Below, in pieces: positions 32,176-42,865 of a DNA stretch of 64,000 nucleotides. The notes below the pieces were generated by a model, which made no database searches, was not told the origin of the DNA, and worked only from the letters and a program-made list of their open reading frames with translations. Both the position numbers and the translations under genes were made by a program. Positions within the stretch are counted from its first letter, which is position 1. Each line of letters starts with the position of its first letter. Source of the DNA: an uncultured Chloroflexia bacterium (lineage in GTDB: Bacteria; Chloroflexota; Chloroflexia; QHBQ01; JADMIH01); the NCBI GenBank assembly GCA_963797095.1, contig CAWCNY010000003.1:1-64000 (forward strand). The letters are read 5' to 3'.

Positions 32176-32729
32176 TACAATATCAGTCTGATCTCATTGT
32201 CGGTAAGGGTATTGAGTTCCAAGCGGTCGGTATCTCCGCCTACAGTGGCGGCCCCAGGCTGGGCCGCGGCTCCGGTCGTCGTCTGGCTGCGACTTATCAG
32301 AATCAGCGAGGCTTTGGAGGCCACAGGATACGCTGGGTTTCGGTGCCAAGTACCACGCCCAATGATAACGGCCTGGTTGCCTTCAACCAGGAAGGCCCTC
32401 ATCTGATCAAGGTCGGGAACATCGGTTGGAGGGGCCGCTACGTGGATAAATGCCTGACCGCCCAATGGAACAAGGGTCTGCGAGAAAGCCCTGTGCCTAT
32501 GGAGTTGCCTTACTACGTAGTCGGTGCGACGCATCTCAACGTAGACGACCATGAAGGCGCCGTCGAGCAACTCCAGCTCGGGCGATCCCCAGAACGAGCG
32601 CTCCTCGTCACGAGCAAGGGGTTCATGATGAGGCATCCCTACCACATAGCCGAACGGCGCATATGCTTCTGGCGTCAGAACTTCAACCGGGATAAAACGA
32701 ACCTTTGTGTTCGGTGCCTGTGCATCCAT
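32175..32729 (-). CDS. Second ureidoglycolate lyase (AllA)-like cupin
   Basis: LTPEAYAPFG, HRH..FSQ..VPL and GTWH. ATG at 32729 with GGAGG. Confidence 0.75.
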   Translation of the reverse strand: MDAQAPNTKVRFIPVEVLTPEAYAPFGYVVGMPHHEPLARDEERSFWGSPELELLDGAFMVVYVEMRRTDYVVRQLHRHRAFSQTLVPLGGQAFIHVAAPPTDVPDLDQMRAFLVEGNQAVIIGRGTWHRNPAYPVASKASLILISRSQTTTGAAAQPGAATVGGDTDRLELNTLTDNEIRLIL

Positions 32730-32936
32730 TACATCTACCTCCTGGCATACGTACTGGCATACGTACCCTAAATGGTCCTGCTCTGAGGAACTACCCGGAC
32801 GAATATTACGCTCGCCAATTTGGCCGGTAATCCTCATACGGTACCCAACTCGGCCGCTGGGGAGGATTATCTTCTCCCCAGAGCTCGTTCCTCCTTGTGC
32901 AGATGGAGCGCGACCAGTCGAACAGCCCGGACTCCA

Positions 32937-34673
32937 TCATGGAGAGACTGTTGCTTCCCTGAAATCAATCATCCCATTGCCTCTCAGCACTATGCCTTTC
33001 ACCTTCACAGAAGCCATGTGCTGATCCTTCATGTGATCCACGAAGACCCAGGGAGCGTCGTCGTGAATTATCCCTATAGCCTGGTGTACCATCGAGATCC
33101 GCTTGTTTAGGTCGGTCTCGATCCGCGCTGCGTCGATCAACTTGTCCAGGTCGGGATTTGTGTAGTAAGTTGTGTTGAGCCCACCAGTACCTTCGGGTTT
33201 AGGTTGGCGAGATGACGTGAAGAAGTTTGTCAGGAAGTTGTCAGGGTCATTCTGATTGGAATACCATGCCCGTGGAGTCATCTCATATTTGCCGTCCAAG
33301 AACGCCTGATAATAGGACGCGAACTCCTGAGTTTCTATGTCGACCTTGATACCTACAGCTTCCAGGTTAGCCTTAATCACCTGTGCCATATCCGTAGGCT
33401 TCTGCATAGCGAAGCCACTTGTGGGCACGAGGAACTTCACGGTGAAGCCATTTGCGTAGCCGGCGTCCTTCAGTAATTGCTTAGCTTTGTCTGGATCGTA
33501 CGCATAGGGCTGCACACTTGGGTCGGCCCAATCGCCAAATACAGCTGAGAACGGGCCGGATGCGATCACCCCTGACCCATTAAGCACATCGCGGACAATG
33601 GACTCTTTGTCTACAGCGTAGTTCATTGCCTGGCGGACCCGTATATCCTTAAAGGCTGGCACGGTCTTCTCGTTGAGCGCCAGGTACCACACTTGCGGAG
33701 CCAGACCCTCGAAGAGCGTGAAATTGGGATCGCTGGACAAATCTTTGACCGAATCAGGTGGTATGTCGAGAGCAAACTGTACTGTGCCCGACCGCAAGGC
33801 AGCCACCCGACCCTGGTCGTCAGCGATCGGCAGGATAATAAGGTTATCTATAGCCGGTTTGCCACCCCAGTAATCGGGGTTCGCCTGAAGAACCAATCGC
33901 TCGCCCTGCTTGTACTCTGAGAGCTTAAAGGGCCCGGTGCCCACAGGGTTGCTGGCCAGTTGGTCGCCGTACTTGGCCACTGCAGCAGGACTTACCATAT
34001 AGCCCGCCCCCGTAGTGAGCTGGTACAGGAACGGTCCAACCGAGTGGGACAGGGTGAACTTGACAGTAAACTCATCGACCGCTGTGACATCCTTCACAGC
34101 CGACAGGTAGAGGGCCGCCAGCCGGTACTTGCCGTTGCCGGCCCCAGGCGCGTTCGGGTCAGTCTGGCGCTTGATGTTGTATACCACGGCATCGGCGTTG
34201 AAAGCGGTACCGTCCTGAAACATCACTCCCTTTCTCAGGTGGAAGGTATATTCGGTGCCGTCCGGAGAACTCTCCCAGCTCTCTGCAAGTCGAGGTATGA
34301 AGCCGGACTTGTCGTCCCTGGCCTCGAGCAGAGGCTCATATATCAGGTAGTTCCAGCGTAGGGTGCCCGTATCAAACATCTGGCTTACGTCGAGTGTGCT
34401 GGGCATGTTTGAGTAGGCCGCTACCAGCGTGGTGGTTCCGCTTCCTGCAGTGGATATGCTTGTCGGCGTGATCTGCCCTGCTATCGTCTCTGTTGGCGTC
34501 GAGAGATTGCCTGATGATGATCCCTGTGAGGTGAAAGTGGCGCTCGGTGCGATTACAGGAGTCGAAGTAGCTGGTGAGGAGGTCGTATCGCAAGCACTAA
34601 ACACTATCATAATCGACACCACCAGCAGCATCGACAGCAAATGGCCATCTCTTCGAGTATGTAGTCTAATCAT
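32937..34673 (-). CDS. ABC substrate-binding lipoprotein, family 5 (DppA-like)
   Basis: Lipobox FSAC, Thr/Pro linker, LAESW...YTF.LR.GV.F.DG and PVGTGPF. ATG at 34673 with AAGGAGG. Confidence 0.92.
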   Translation of the reverse strand: MIRLHTRRDGHLLSMLLVVSIMIVFSACDTTSSPATSTPVIAPSATFTSQGSSSGNLSTPTETIAGQITPTSISTAGSGTTTLVAAYSNMPSTLDVSQMFDTGTLRWNYLIYEPLLEARDDKSGFIPRLAESWESSPDGTEYTFHLRKGVMFQDGTAFNADAVVYNIKRQTDPNAPGAGNGKYRLAALYLSAVKDVTAVDEFTVKFTLSHSVGPFLYQLTTGAGYMVSPAAVAKYGDQLASNPVGTGPFKLSEYKQGERLVLQANPDYWGGKPAIDNLIILPIADDQGRVAALRSGTVQFALDIPPDSVKDLSSDPNFTLFEGLAPQVWYLALNEKTVPAFKDIRVRQAMNYAVDKESIVRDVLNGSGVIASGPFSAVFGDWADPSVQPYAYDPDKAKQLLKDAGYANGFTVKFLVPTSGFAMQKPTDMAQVIKANLEAVGIKVDIETQEFASYYQAFLDGKYEMTPRAWYSNQNDPDNFLTNFFTSSRQPKPEGTGGLNTTYYTNPDLDKLIDAARIETDLNKRISMVHQAIGIIHDDAPWVFVDHMKDQHMASVKVKGIVLRGNGMIDFREATVSP

Positions 34674-35047
34674 TGACTTGTCCTCCTTTTCTTTTTGGAA
34701 CCTAAAACCATTTACCACATCGCTCTGGCGCAAGGCGATTTATCGGCTTCTTGGCGTAATGGTAAGTCCAGGTCGTTGATACGGCTCTCTACAGAAGCGG
34801 TCAATTAGCCCCGAAATTGCCTAGTTATCCAGGTACTAGTCATTGTGCTGCGCCTGTTATGCAACAATGCCCAAAATCGATCTGTCCGCAGATTTGTCCA
34901 CACGATAGCTATAGGCTGTGAAAAGCTGCCAAGTGCAAAAGCCCAATAGCCAAGCTCGCCCCATTCTATGTGTGCATAGCCCCCCATTTCCCGGCCTCTG
35001 AACACGCTATTTCAGCCGGCACCAGTAAACCGCCCGAACAATCTCTC

Positions 35048-36466
35048 CTAACCGCTGCCAGCATCTGCAACTACGGTGGCTTCCACCTGCTGTGGTGCGG
35101 ACTCTTCAGACCTTACTGACAGGTATCGCATAATATCCCGGACTCTTGTTTGAGCATCGGACGCCACGACCGCCCGTATGACATTATTCTTCTGCTGCTC
35201 ATTCAGTATGCCGTGCGACAGACGCCTGAACTTCTCGCTGATATCGAGGAGGGTGAGGGGTTGTTCTGGGTCACCCCTGGGAGCGCGACAGGTACCTTCA
35301 AGTACCCGACCATCTTTGATGTAAATCTTTACTGTAGCACCCAGATAACGATCTACTTCTGCCTGGCTCTCTTGATCCACGTGCACGGTGACCCGGCGAG
35401 ACAGGTCATACAGCAAGGGGTCCGTATAGCGGCCAGGACTCAACTGCTCCAGAGACACCTGTCCATCTGCTATGGCAACTGCTACCAAGTAGGGTAGGTT
35501 CATCGAGGCGGCAAGCCAATGCGCCGGGTACATGCGATCAAGTAGGTAATACACATCTATAGTGCCAATGTCTATGCTTTCGATTTGTCCGGGCTGCAGT
35601 TGGTTCCTGGCACGCAGGTCCAATATTGTATCGATAGCCGCATGTGTGAGGGCGGACGAAGCATGAACCTTTTGAACGACATCCATGATCTGATACTGGT
35701 ATCCCAGACCTGTCGTGAGTTTTCCAGGGTTGGCTGATCCTGACACTGCTTGCAGGTAGCCCCTGCGTCCTTCGAGGATGGTGCAACCCGCTGAGTAGCC
35801 TTGCCTGGCCAGTAGCGCTGACATTATTCCATCATGGGCAGCTTTGCCTGCCAACAAGTGCCAGCCGTCGTAGTAGAACGAGGCTTCGTTCAGGCCAGAC
35901 GCCTGGGTGCCGGCCAGCCCTAGCGCATTGCAGGCCATCTCAGCGCTTTCTATGCCCAGCAGAGAGAGTGCCGCTACCGCCGCGCCGAAAGCGTTTGGCC
36001 CGCCTCGCGGATGCCAGCCCTTGTTGAAAGCCCGAGTACCGCAAGCTGCTGCCACACGCATAGTGATCTCGTAACCGAACACGATCGCTCGCAACAGATC
36101 AGCCTCAGAAGCATTTACCATTTCGGCTGTGGCAAGAGCGGCCGGAATCACACCCACGCCAGGGTGACCGAAACCACTTTTCGCGGTATCCTCTAGCTGA
36201 GTGCTTCCAAAAGCCCCGTTCATGAGTGCGGCGTGTGGTGCATCGATCCGCAAGGCAGTGCCTATCACAGTTGCCTGCGGTGGTCCTGCGATTGGCTGGA
36301 CTGATCTGATTAGCTTGCCTACATGCTCTAGCAACGATCCGGCGAGTGTGTATCCGAGATAATCGAGCAAGCATAGTTTCGCCTTGCTTACGACGAGCTC
36401 TGGAAGGGGGACCTCGCGATGATCGTATAGGAACTGAGCTAATATCTTGGTGGCCTCAGACGACAT
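35048..36466 (-). CDS. MmgE/PrpD family protein
   Basis: LLDYLG..LAG, HPG..VIPAALA, GWH and RGDP..PL. Confidence 0.88.
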   Translation of the reverse strand: MSSEATKILAQFLYDHREVPLPELVVSKAKLCLLDYLGYTLAGSLLEHVGKLIRSVQPIAGPPQATVIGTALRIDAPHAALMNGAFGSTQLEDTAKSGFGHPGVGVIPAALATAEMVNASEADLLRAIVFGYEITMRVAAACGTRAFNKGWHPRGGPNAFGAAVAALSLLGIESAEMACNALGLAGTQASGLNEASFYYDGWHLLAGKAAHDGIMSALLARQGYSAGCTILEGRRGYLQAVSGSANPGKLTTGLGYQYQIMDVVQKVHASSALTHAAIDTILDLRARNQLQPGQIESIDIGTIDVYYLLDRMYPAHWLAASMNLPYLVAVAIADGQVSLEQLSPGRYTDPLLYDLSRRVTVHVDQESQAEVDRYLGATVKIYIKDGRVLEGTCRAPRGDPEQPLTLLDISEKFRRLSHGILNEQQKNNVIRAVVASDAQTRVRDIMRYLSVRSEESAPQQVEATVVADAGSG

Positions 36467-37670
36467 CTATCATCTCTCGCTCTAGAGTGGTGATATACTC
36501 ATAACCATCATCGGTCACAAGGACTGTATCCTCCAATTGCCATCCGCCGAGCCCAAGGCTATAAAGGGGGACCTCAATGCAGAGCACCATCCCCGCTTCC
36601 AGCGCAGCGCTTCCCGCCTCTGTTGCATACATGGAGCCGGGGTTTGGACTAACTACCGGATAATCGTACGGGTGCAGACCAATCCCATGTCCTATGTGGT
36701 GGCGGTCAAAATGGGGTATCCCAGCCTTCCGCACAGCCTCAATACCAGCCCGGTAAATGTCTCTTGTCAGCGCTCCCGCACGCACCCTGCTGAGTGCCGC
36801 CTCGTATCCTGCTCTTATGGCGTCGTAGGTGGCCTGCGCCTCGTTCCGAACATATCCAACGGCGAGGGTCCGACCAAAATCGGCCCAATAGTCGTTGTAG
36901 CGCATTACACCATCGAATCGTATAAGATCGCCCGCCTTCAGAATCATTCGCCGAGTGTCGAGCCACGGCCCTCCACCCATCGTTCCAGCTCCAGTCGAGG
37001 AAAAAGCGTACTCCCCTCCAAGCTGCGCGATCTTCATTCTATAATGCTGCAGGATGTCTGCAACGGTCAATCCGGGTCGTGCTGCGGCCCGCATTGCCAG
37101 ATAAGCCGCCTCGTTGACCTGCGCCGCCTTGCGCAGACAGTTCACTTCGTCCGGGGTCTTCACTGCTCTGGCCATCCTCATCAGGTCACCAGCATCCAAT
37201 ATATGTGCTTGAGGAACTTGTCGCTTGAGCAATTCATATTGTGTGGCTAGATACCCTTCAGTATCTATACCAATGCGCCCGTTGGTGACTCCTACATCGT
37301 GGAGGGCACGGACAACGGCATCCAAGGCCGTGGGGAAGTTGCTACTCCGCATCAGGTCGGCATATGACCGTTCGTACTCGTTTGCCGTTTCCTCCGGTGG
37401 GTCAGTGACGACAAATTTGCCGTAGAGAAAGGTTCTGGATGATGTGAGTCTCTTGCCGAGAGTGAAGCCTGCGTTCACCCCTGGCAGTATCAGGGTAATG
37501 TCGGGTTGGGTTCCGGTAAGCACGGCGTATTCGTCCAACGCGGGGAAATACTTGGTGAGAGGACTGCTGTAGCCGGTCAGATAGGTGACATTTTCCGGCA
37601 AGGTCACTACCAGAGCGTCAAGCTCAGCTTCTTCTTTGAGTTTAAGGAGGCGCTGCTGGTGAAACATCAT
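36456..37670 (-). CDS. M24 family (Xaa-Pro peptidase/creatinase-like) hydrolase
   Basis: ENV.YLTG, R.VKT..E, D.GRT, HIGHGIGL and EDTVLVT. Confidence 0.85.
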   Translation of the reverse strand: MMFHQQRLLKLKEEAELDALVVTLPENVTYLTGYSSPLTKYFPALDEYAVLTGTQPDITLILPGVNAGFTLGKRLTSSRTFLYGKFVVTDPPEETANEYERSYADLMRSSNFPTALDAVVRALHDVGVTNGRIGIDTEGYLATQYELLKRQVPQAHILDAGDLMRMARAVKTPDEVNCLRKAAQVNEAAYLAMRAAARPGLTVADILQHYRMKIAQLGGEYAFSSTGAGTMGGGPWLDTRRMILKAGDLIRFDGVMRYNDYWADFGRTLAVGYVRNEAQATYDAIRAGYEAALSRVRAGALTRDIYRAGIEAVRKAGIPHFDRHHIGHGIGLHPYDYPVVSPNPGSMYATEAGSAALEAGMVLCIEVPLYSLGLGGWQLEDTVLVTDDGYEYITTLEREMIDVV

Positions 37671-37708
37671 ATTCCCTGCTGTCCGGACGGAACTTGCTTA
37701 ATTTATGT

Positions 37709-39112
37709 TCAGTTCTTCCAACGGTCAGAAGCCAATAGTCGGGTAAGGGTGCGAACCGATGGTTGTTCGTTGGCGCTTATCACCCAATCCCATACCTGTG
37801 ACGCACGCTTGTCACTCAATGCTGATGATGCGAGCCTGAGGAACTTGTAGTGGATATCTTCAGGGTGAAGCGGGTCACGAGGATCACCCTTGGGGTAGGC
37901 CCGGTGTCGCTGCAAGATGCGCCCGTCCTTGAGAGTAACGGTCACATCCGAGGGCAGATTTCCCGGGAGTTGTGCCGTGAGCTGCGGGTCGGCCGTTACC
38001 CTCACCCTGTCAAAGAGGTACCTCACAACAGGGTCTTCACGTCTCGACGGGTCGAACTGCGGATCCAATACCTCGCCATCTTCGAAGGCCACGGCCAGCA
38101 AATAAGGCAGGCTGTGTGGTCCATCCAGACGGGTTTTAGGCCATACGCGCTCATGCAGGTAGTGAACATCAATAGTACGAACATCAATGGCCTCTATCAT
38201 ATTAGCAGTAAGTGAGTAGTCAGCTTTGAGTTCGATCATCAGATCAATTGCCGAATGGGTCAGAGAGGAAGAAGCGTGGCGCTTGCGAGTTATCGAGGAT
38301 ATTTCATATTTTTCACCGAGCCCCTCCAGGATACGCTGAGGGTTAGGAGTAGCGGCCACGGCCTGTAGATAGCCTTTGCTTCCTTCGATGACGGTGCAGC
38401 CGGCAGACCAACCTTGGCGGGCCAAAAGCGCGGCCAGCACTCCATCCTGAGCGCCACTACCCGAGAGCAGTAGCCAGCCGTCATATGGTGATGATGGCTC
38501 AACAAGACCCGAAGCTTGAGTGCCCGCAAGACCAAGGAGCGCACAGAACTGATCTTCTGTCTTCAGGTCCAATGCCTTGCCCGCGGCAGCTGCAGAACCG
38601 AACACATTGAAGCTGCCTCGCGGGTGCCAACCTCGGTTGAACGTACTCCAGCCGACGGCAGCACCTACGCGCATCGAAATCTCGTACCCCGCAGTGATCG
38701 AAAGGAGAAGATCGGCACCCGTCCTGTCAAGCGCCTCGGTCACAGCCAACGCCGCAGGCACGACGTTCACGCCCGGGTGGGCGAAGCTCTCAGCTGCCGT
38801 ATCCTCCAGCAAGAAACTGGCGCTGCCCAGCACCCCATTTACGAGGGCGGCATCTCTCATATTGGCCGTGCTACCATCACCGATCAGGGTGGAGTCGGAG
38901 GAATGACCAAACTGCTTTACCATATCGAAGATTTGCCTCGATTGGCTTCTGGTTGAACCAAGAAGAGCGCAGCCCAAGTAGTCCCCTAGGCTGAGGGCTG
39001 CCTGCAACCTTACCATATCTGGCAGGTCCTCAAAGCGGACCCTTGCAAGCCACGCAGCCAATGCCCGGGTAGGTGTAGTGGCGGATTTCTCAATGGGAGA
39101 TTCTGTAATCAT
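37709..39112 (-). CDS. MmgE/PrpD family protein (second paralog)
   Basis: DYLGCALLG, HPG.NVVPAALA, GWHPRG and KGDP..PL. Confidence 0.88.
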   Translation of the reverse strand: MITESPIEKSATTPTRALAAWLARVRFEDLPDMVRLQAALSLGDYLGCALLGSTRSQSRQIFDMVKQFGHSSDSTLIGDGSTANMRDAALVNGVLGSASFLLEDTAAESFAHPGVNVVPAALAVTEALDRTGADLLLSITAGYEISMRVGAAVGWSTFNRGWHPRGSFNVFGSAAAAGKALDLKTEDQFCALLGLAGTQASGLVEPSSPYDGWLLLSGSGAQDGVLAALLARQGWSAGCTVIEGSKGYLQAVAATPNPQRILEGLGEKYEISSITRKRHASSSLTHSAIDLMIELKADYSLTANMIEAIDVRTIDVHYLHERVWPKTRLDGPHSLPYLLAVAFEDGEVLDPQFDPSRREDPVVRYLFDRVRVTADPQLTAQLPGNLPSDVTVTLKDGRILQRHRAYPKGDPRDPLHPEDIHYKFLRLASSALSDKRASQVWDWVISANEQPSVRTLTRLLASDRWKN

Positions 39113-39141
39113 TCGGTGCCCCTACTATGAGTGATAACCGA

Positions 39142-39861
39142 TCAGCCGATGTTCGCACGGTCGGCATCATAGTGCCGGGCGCGCTCGATATCCTCGGCTG
39201 CTTGGGCCAAGTGGTCATACATACTCTTCTCAGCGGCTTCAGGATCGTGTGCGATCACTGCCTCGTAGATATGCTGATGGAAGTCTAGAGCGCGGTAGGC
39301 CACATGGGGTACCCTCACTAGAGTCTCGCGGCTGGCTTGAAGCAGGTGGACGATAGGTTGAACAAGCACACGGAGCACGATATTCTGTGTAGCGTTTGCA
39401 AGCTCGGCATGGAAGGCCGTATCATATCGGACAAATGCCTCTATATCGTCAGTTGATGACCGCATTCCCTCAAGATTGGCTGCCAGCGCATCAATATTCT
39501 CTGCTTGAGCATTCCGAGCAGCCAATCTTGCTATGGGTACTTCGAGGAGACGGCGGGCTTCGATGAGGTCATCAAACGAATGATCTTCGAGCTTGATTAT
39601 CAGTTGCAAGCTGTTGACTACAGTCTCTATTGGCGGCTGGGTAATAATAGTACCTCTGCCTGGTACTACATCCACGAGCCCTTGCATAGTGAGAGCTTTG
39701 ATAGCCTCACGCACAACTGTGCGGCTGACCCCAAACTGCTCGCTCAATTCCGGCTCGCTTGGCAGGTGATCTCCCGGGCGCATTCGGCCCGTCAGGATCG
39801 ATCTCGTTATCTGGTCGATGATACCTCTGTAAAGTCGATCTCTGGTAAGTGGCTCGAACAA
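39142..39861 (-). CDS. GntR/FadR family transcriptional regulator
   Basis: LPSE.EL..QFGVSRTVVREA with an FCD domain (D..FH, M..HL). Confidence 0.92.
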   Translation of the reverse strand: MFEPLTRDRLYRGIIDQITRSILTGRMRPGDHLPSEPELSEQFGVSRTVVREAIKALTMQGLVDVVPGRGTIITQPPIETVVNSLQLIIKLEDHSFDDLIEARRLLEVPIARLAARNAQAENIDALAANLEGMRSSTDDIEAFVRYDTAFHAELANATQNIVLRVLVQPIVHLLQASRETLVRVPHVAYRALDFHQHIYEAVIAHDPEAAEKSMYDHLAQAAEDIERARHYDADRANIG

Positions 39862-39927
39862 AGTCTCCTCCTAAGGTTTCGATAGGAAAGAATCTGGGGC
39901 GTCCTTCTGGGACGTCCTATCGCATGG

Positions 39928-40692
39928 CTAACTTCGTACCGCTTTCAGGAACGCATTTGCACTGCTGGCTATTAGACCCTGGACGGAGTTGAGGCAAATA
40001 GATCCCCCACTTTCGACGATTTTCTTTGCGGCATCAGCCGTACCTGCTACCGTACCAACGAACAGCCCTGCTGACTTCACGAGATCAAATACCTGCTTTA
40101 TCACGTCTTGCACTGCAGGGTGCCCTGGGCCATCGTAGTAACCCATGGTCATTGCCAAGTCACGGGGCCCAACGATTACGCCGTCCACGCCTTCTACCTT
40201 AACCATTTCCGGGAGATACTCAAGTGCCTTGATATCCTCGAACTGGGGTAAGATCAAGGTTTGCTCGTTAGCATAGCTTACATACTGAGCCTGGCTCATC
40301 CGCCCTGTCATGTAATCAGCGGCTCGGATAGGACCAAGACCGCGGATGCCGAGAGGTGGATACTTTACATAGGACACGAAGTTATGAACGTCTTCGGGTG
40401 TATGCAGGCCTGGCATCATTATGCCCATAACACCAGCATCCATGAACTGCAGTATGAGTTTCTCGTCGTTGGTGCGGACCCGGGCAAGAGGAGTAATACC
40501 GACAGCCTCACATGCCCGAACCAGATGTTCTGCATGTGCAGCGCTTAGCGCACCATGCTCGCCATCCATCATATAAAAGTCAAAACCCAAAAGCCCGATT
40601 AACTCTGCGAGGATCGGGTCGTTATTAGGAGCTATTACTCCATAGATCGGCTGGCCATTCTTGAGCTTACTCTTGGCAATATTCTCGCGCAT
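39928..40692 (-). CDS. HpcH/HpaI class II aldolase
   Basis: DGEHG, KYPPLG.RG, PQFE and GPRDL. Confidence 0.88.
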   Translation of the reverse strand: MRENIAKSKLKNGQPIYGVIAPNNDPILAELIGLLGFDFYMMDGEHGALSAAHAEHLVRACEAVGITPLARVRTNDEKLILQFMDAGVMGIMMPGLHTPEDVHNFVSYVKYPPLGIRGLGPIRAADYMTGRMSQAQYVSYANEQTLILPQFEDIKALEYLPEMVKVEGVDGVIVGPRDLAMTMGYYDGPGHPAVQDVIKQVFDLVKSAGLFVGTVAGTADAAKKIVESGGSICLNSVQGLIASSANAFLKAVRS

Positions 40693-40764
40693 AACCTTCT
40701 CCGTGACCTGACTAGATTACCCCGCCGCACAAAAGATCATCTAGAAACGAAGAACATTCATGAT

Positions 40765-41307
40765 TCAATGAAGATCAGCGACTGTACCATCCGCTATCTT
40801 CTGTCGAATGTAGGATATCAAGCCGCCTGCATCCGCAATTTCGGTGACAAAGTCAGCTATGGGCGCACCATAGATTTCCTGCTTGTTGGTGAGGTTACTT
40901 ATGCGCCCGGTCTTGAGGTCTACTTCCAATTCATCACCCGTGCTCACGATCTTGGTGATGCCTCTACAGGTTATAAACGGCAGGCCATTATTGATGGCGT
41001 TGCGAAACTGCAGACGCGCAAACAAATCGGCGACTACAGCCTTGATACCGGCACCCATCAGACCCAATATCGGATGCTCTATGCTCTTGCCCCCCCCTCC
41101 AAAATTGCTTCCAGCAACAACGAAGGTGAATCCCATGTTCTTGAAAGCATTTTCGTCTTGAAAGGCGGGATCCACCCCTTCCATGATCCACCTGCTGTTG
41201 AGTTCGGGATCCAGCGGGTCGGTCCAGTGCTTCTGTGGTACGAGGTCATAGGCGTAAATATGTTCTCCGCCTACCCATGCCTTGCCTCTAATTACTGAAT
41301 TCTTCAT
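40765..41307 (-). CDS. LeuD/DmdB-like hydro-lyase small subunit
   Basis: VAG.NFG.G, FAR...RNAINNGLP and AGGL. ATG at 41307 with AAGGAG. Confidence 0.85.
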   Translation of the reverse strand: MKNSVIRGKAWVGGEHIYAYDLVPQKHWTDPLDPELNSRWIMEGVDPAFQDENAFKNMGFTFVVAGSNFGGGGKSIEHPILGLMGAGIKAVVADLFARLQFRNAINNGLPFITCRGITKIVSTGDELEVDLKTGRISNLTNKQEIYGAPIADFVTEIADAGGLISYIRQKIADGTVADLH

Positions 41308-41326
41308 TGTTCCGGCAAGCTCCTTA

Positions 41327-42592
41327 CTACAATTCTCTGGGGTCAGCAATTTCGCCTTTGAGGGCTGAGGCAGCAACCACTGCGGGTGATGATAGGTATA
41401 TCTCGGCATTGCGGCTGCCCATACGTCCTTGCATGTTGCGGTTGCCGGCGCTTATTATGACATCGCCGTCGCCGGCTACGCCGGTATGGATACCGGCGCA
41501 AGCAGCGCAACTTGAGGTATCGACAGCACCACCTGCCTCCACTATAGTTGCAAGGTATCCGGCGCGTGCCGCTTCAAGATAGACAGTCTGGCTGGCTGGC
41601 ACTACCAGCAAATTGACGTCCGGGTGTACCTGCTTCCCCTGCAGAATGGCCGCCATGATTGCAATATCCTCAAGGCGGCCATTAGTGCATGTGCCCAGAA
41701 ATGCCTTATTGATCTTTCGCCCGACCACCTCTTCTACGGGCTTCACATCGTCAAGTTTGTGCGGGAGAGATACGGTAGGCCCAACGTTTGTGACATCAAT
41801 CTCATATATCTGGTCGTACTTTGCATCGGAGTCGCTTGCCAGCATCACCCATGTGTCGGATGTGCGCCCTTTCAGGTACTGGGCGGTCACCTCATCGGGA
41901 GCGATAATGCCGTTCTTGGCACCCAGATCTACAGTCATATTACACAGGGTCATTCGACCGGCCATACCAAGTGCAGATATGGCTGGTCCCTCATATTCAA
42001 GAGCCTTGTAGATCAGGTGTCCATTCCAGTGCATCATACCCATGATGTGCAAGCTGAGATCTTTAGCCATTACCCAGGGTTGCCACTCGCCATAGATATG
42101 GAACTTCACACTCTCCGGTATTCTAAACCAGCACTTGCCAGTAGCCATAGCCACGGCCGCGTCGCTTACACTCACTGCGTTTCCTACCGCTCCAACAGCG
42201 CCGTATGTATTGGCGTGAGAGTCAGTACCGACGCTTACGGTGCCTGGCCGCACATGCCCTTGTTCTACCATGATCTGATGAGCTATGCCCTGACGGCCCA
42301 GATCGTAAAAATGGACAATATTGTGAGCTTTGACCGCTTGTCGCCATTCGTTGAGCATAGTCGCGAATTGCTGCGTCGGGGGCGGAACCAAATGATCGGA
42401 CACACAGATCACGCGTTCTCTGTTGAAAACAGCCGGAACGCCCAATAAGTCGAATAGGTCGAAGGTAGACCTACCAAGATAGTCCATCGTCATTACTGAG
42501 TAGATGTCTGCGAACACTAATTCGCCGGGTGAGACTGTGTCTCGTCCAGTAGCGAGAGCCATGATTTTCTCTGTGATCGTCATTCCTGCCAT
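41327..42592 (-). CDS. LeuC/DmdA-like [4Fe-4S] hydro-lyase large subunit
   Basis: DH..P, GI.HQ, DSH.NTYGA, GTCTNGR, CAAC.G and NRN..GRMG. Confidence 0.9.
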   Translation of the reverse strand: MAGMTITEKIMALATGRDTVSPGELVFADIYSVMTMDYLGRSTFDLFDLLGVPAVFNRERVICVSDHLVPPPTQQFATMLNEWRQAVKAHNIVHFYDLGRQGIAHQIMVEQGHVRPGTVSVGTDSHANTYGAVGAVGNAVSVSDAAVAMATGKCWFRIPESVKFHIYGEWQPWVMAKDLSLHIMGMMHWNGHLIYKALEYEGPAISALGMAGRMTLCNMTVDLGAKNGIIAPDEVTAQYLKGRTSDTWVMLASDSDAKYDQIYEIDVTNVGPTVSLPHKLDDVKPVEEVVGRKINKAFLGTCTNGRLEDIAIMAAILQGKQVHPDVNLLVVPASQTVYLEAARAGYLATIVEAGGAVDTSSCAACAGIHTGVAGDGDVIISAGNRNMQGRMGSRNAEIYLSSPAVVAASALKGEIADPREL

Positions 42593-42865
42593 CTGTGTAT
42601 CCTCCAAAAGCATCAGATCTATGAGAATATGAACGAATACCTAGAGGGTGCCGTTGGCGATCCGAAGGTAGCATTGGGTGAAAAGCCTATTGCTTATGGT
42701 GCGAGCGAATTAGTGGTAATCCATACAGGAAACCCTACTCCTTGTCCACAGCGTATCGTAGGCGGTGAAAGCACGTAAAGCAGAACAACCTCAATACACA
42801 CCTTCAGCTTCGAAAACTCGGGCTGTAGAGATCCACCAAAGAAACTCAAGCACGGTCAAGGCTAG

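Noticed and set aside
32742-32765. 12-bp tandem duplication CTGGCATACGTA upstream of an RBS
   Set aside because: Only two copies and no supporting context.
40765-42592. Leucine biosynthesis leuCD
   Set aside because: No leuA/leuB nearby, catabolic context and a divergent small-subunit substrate loop, so no gene symbol was assigned.
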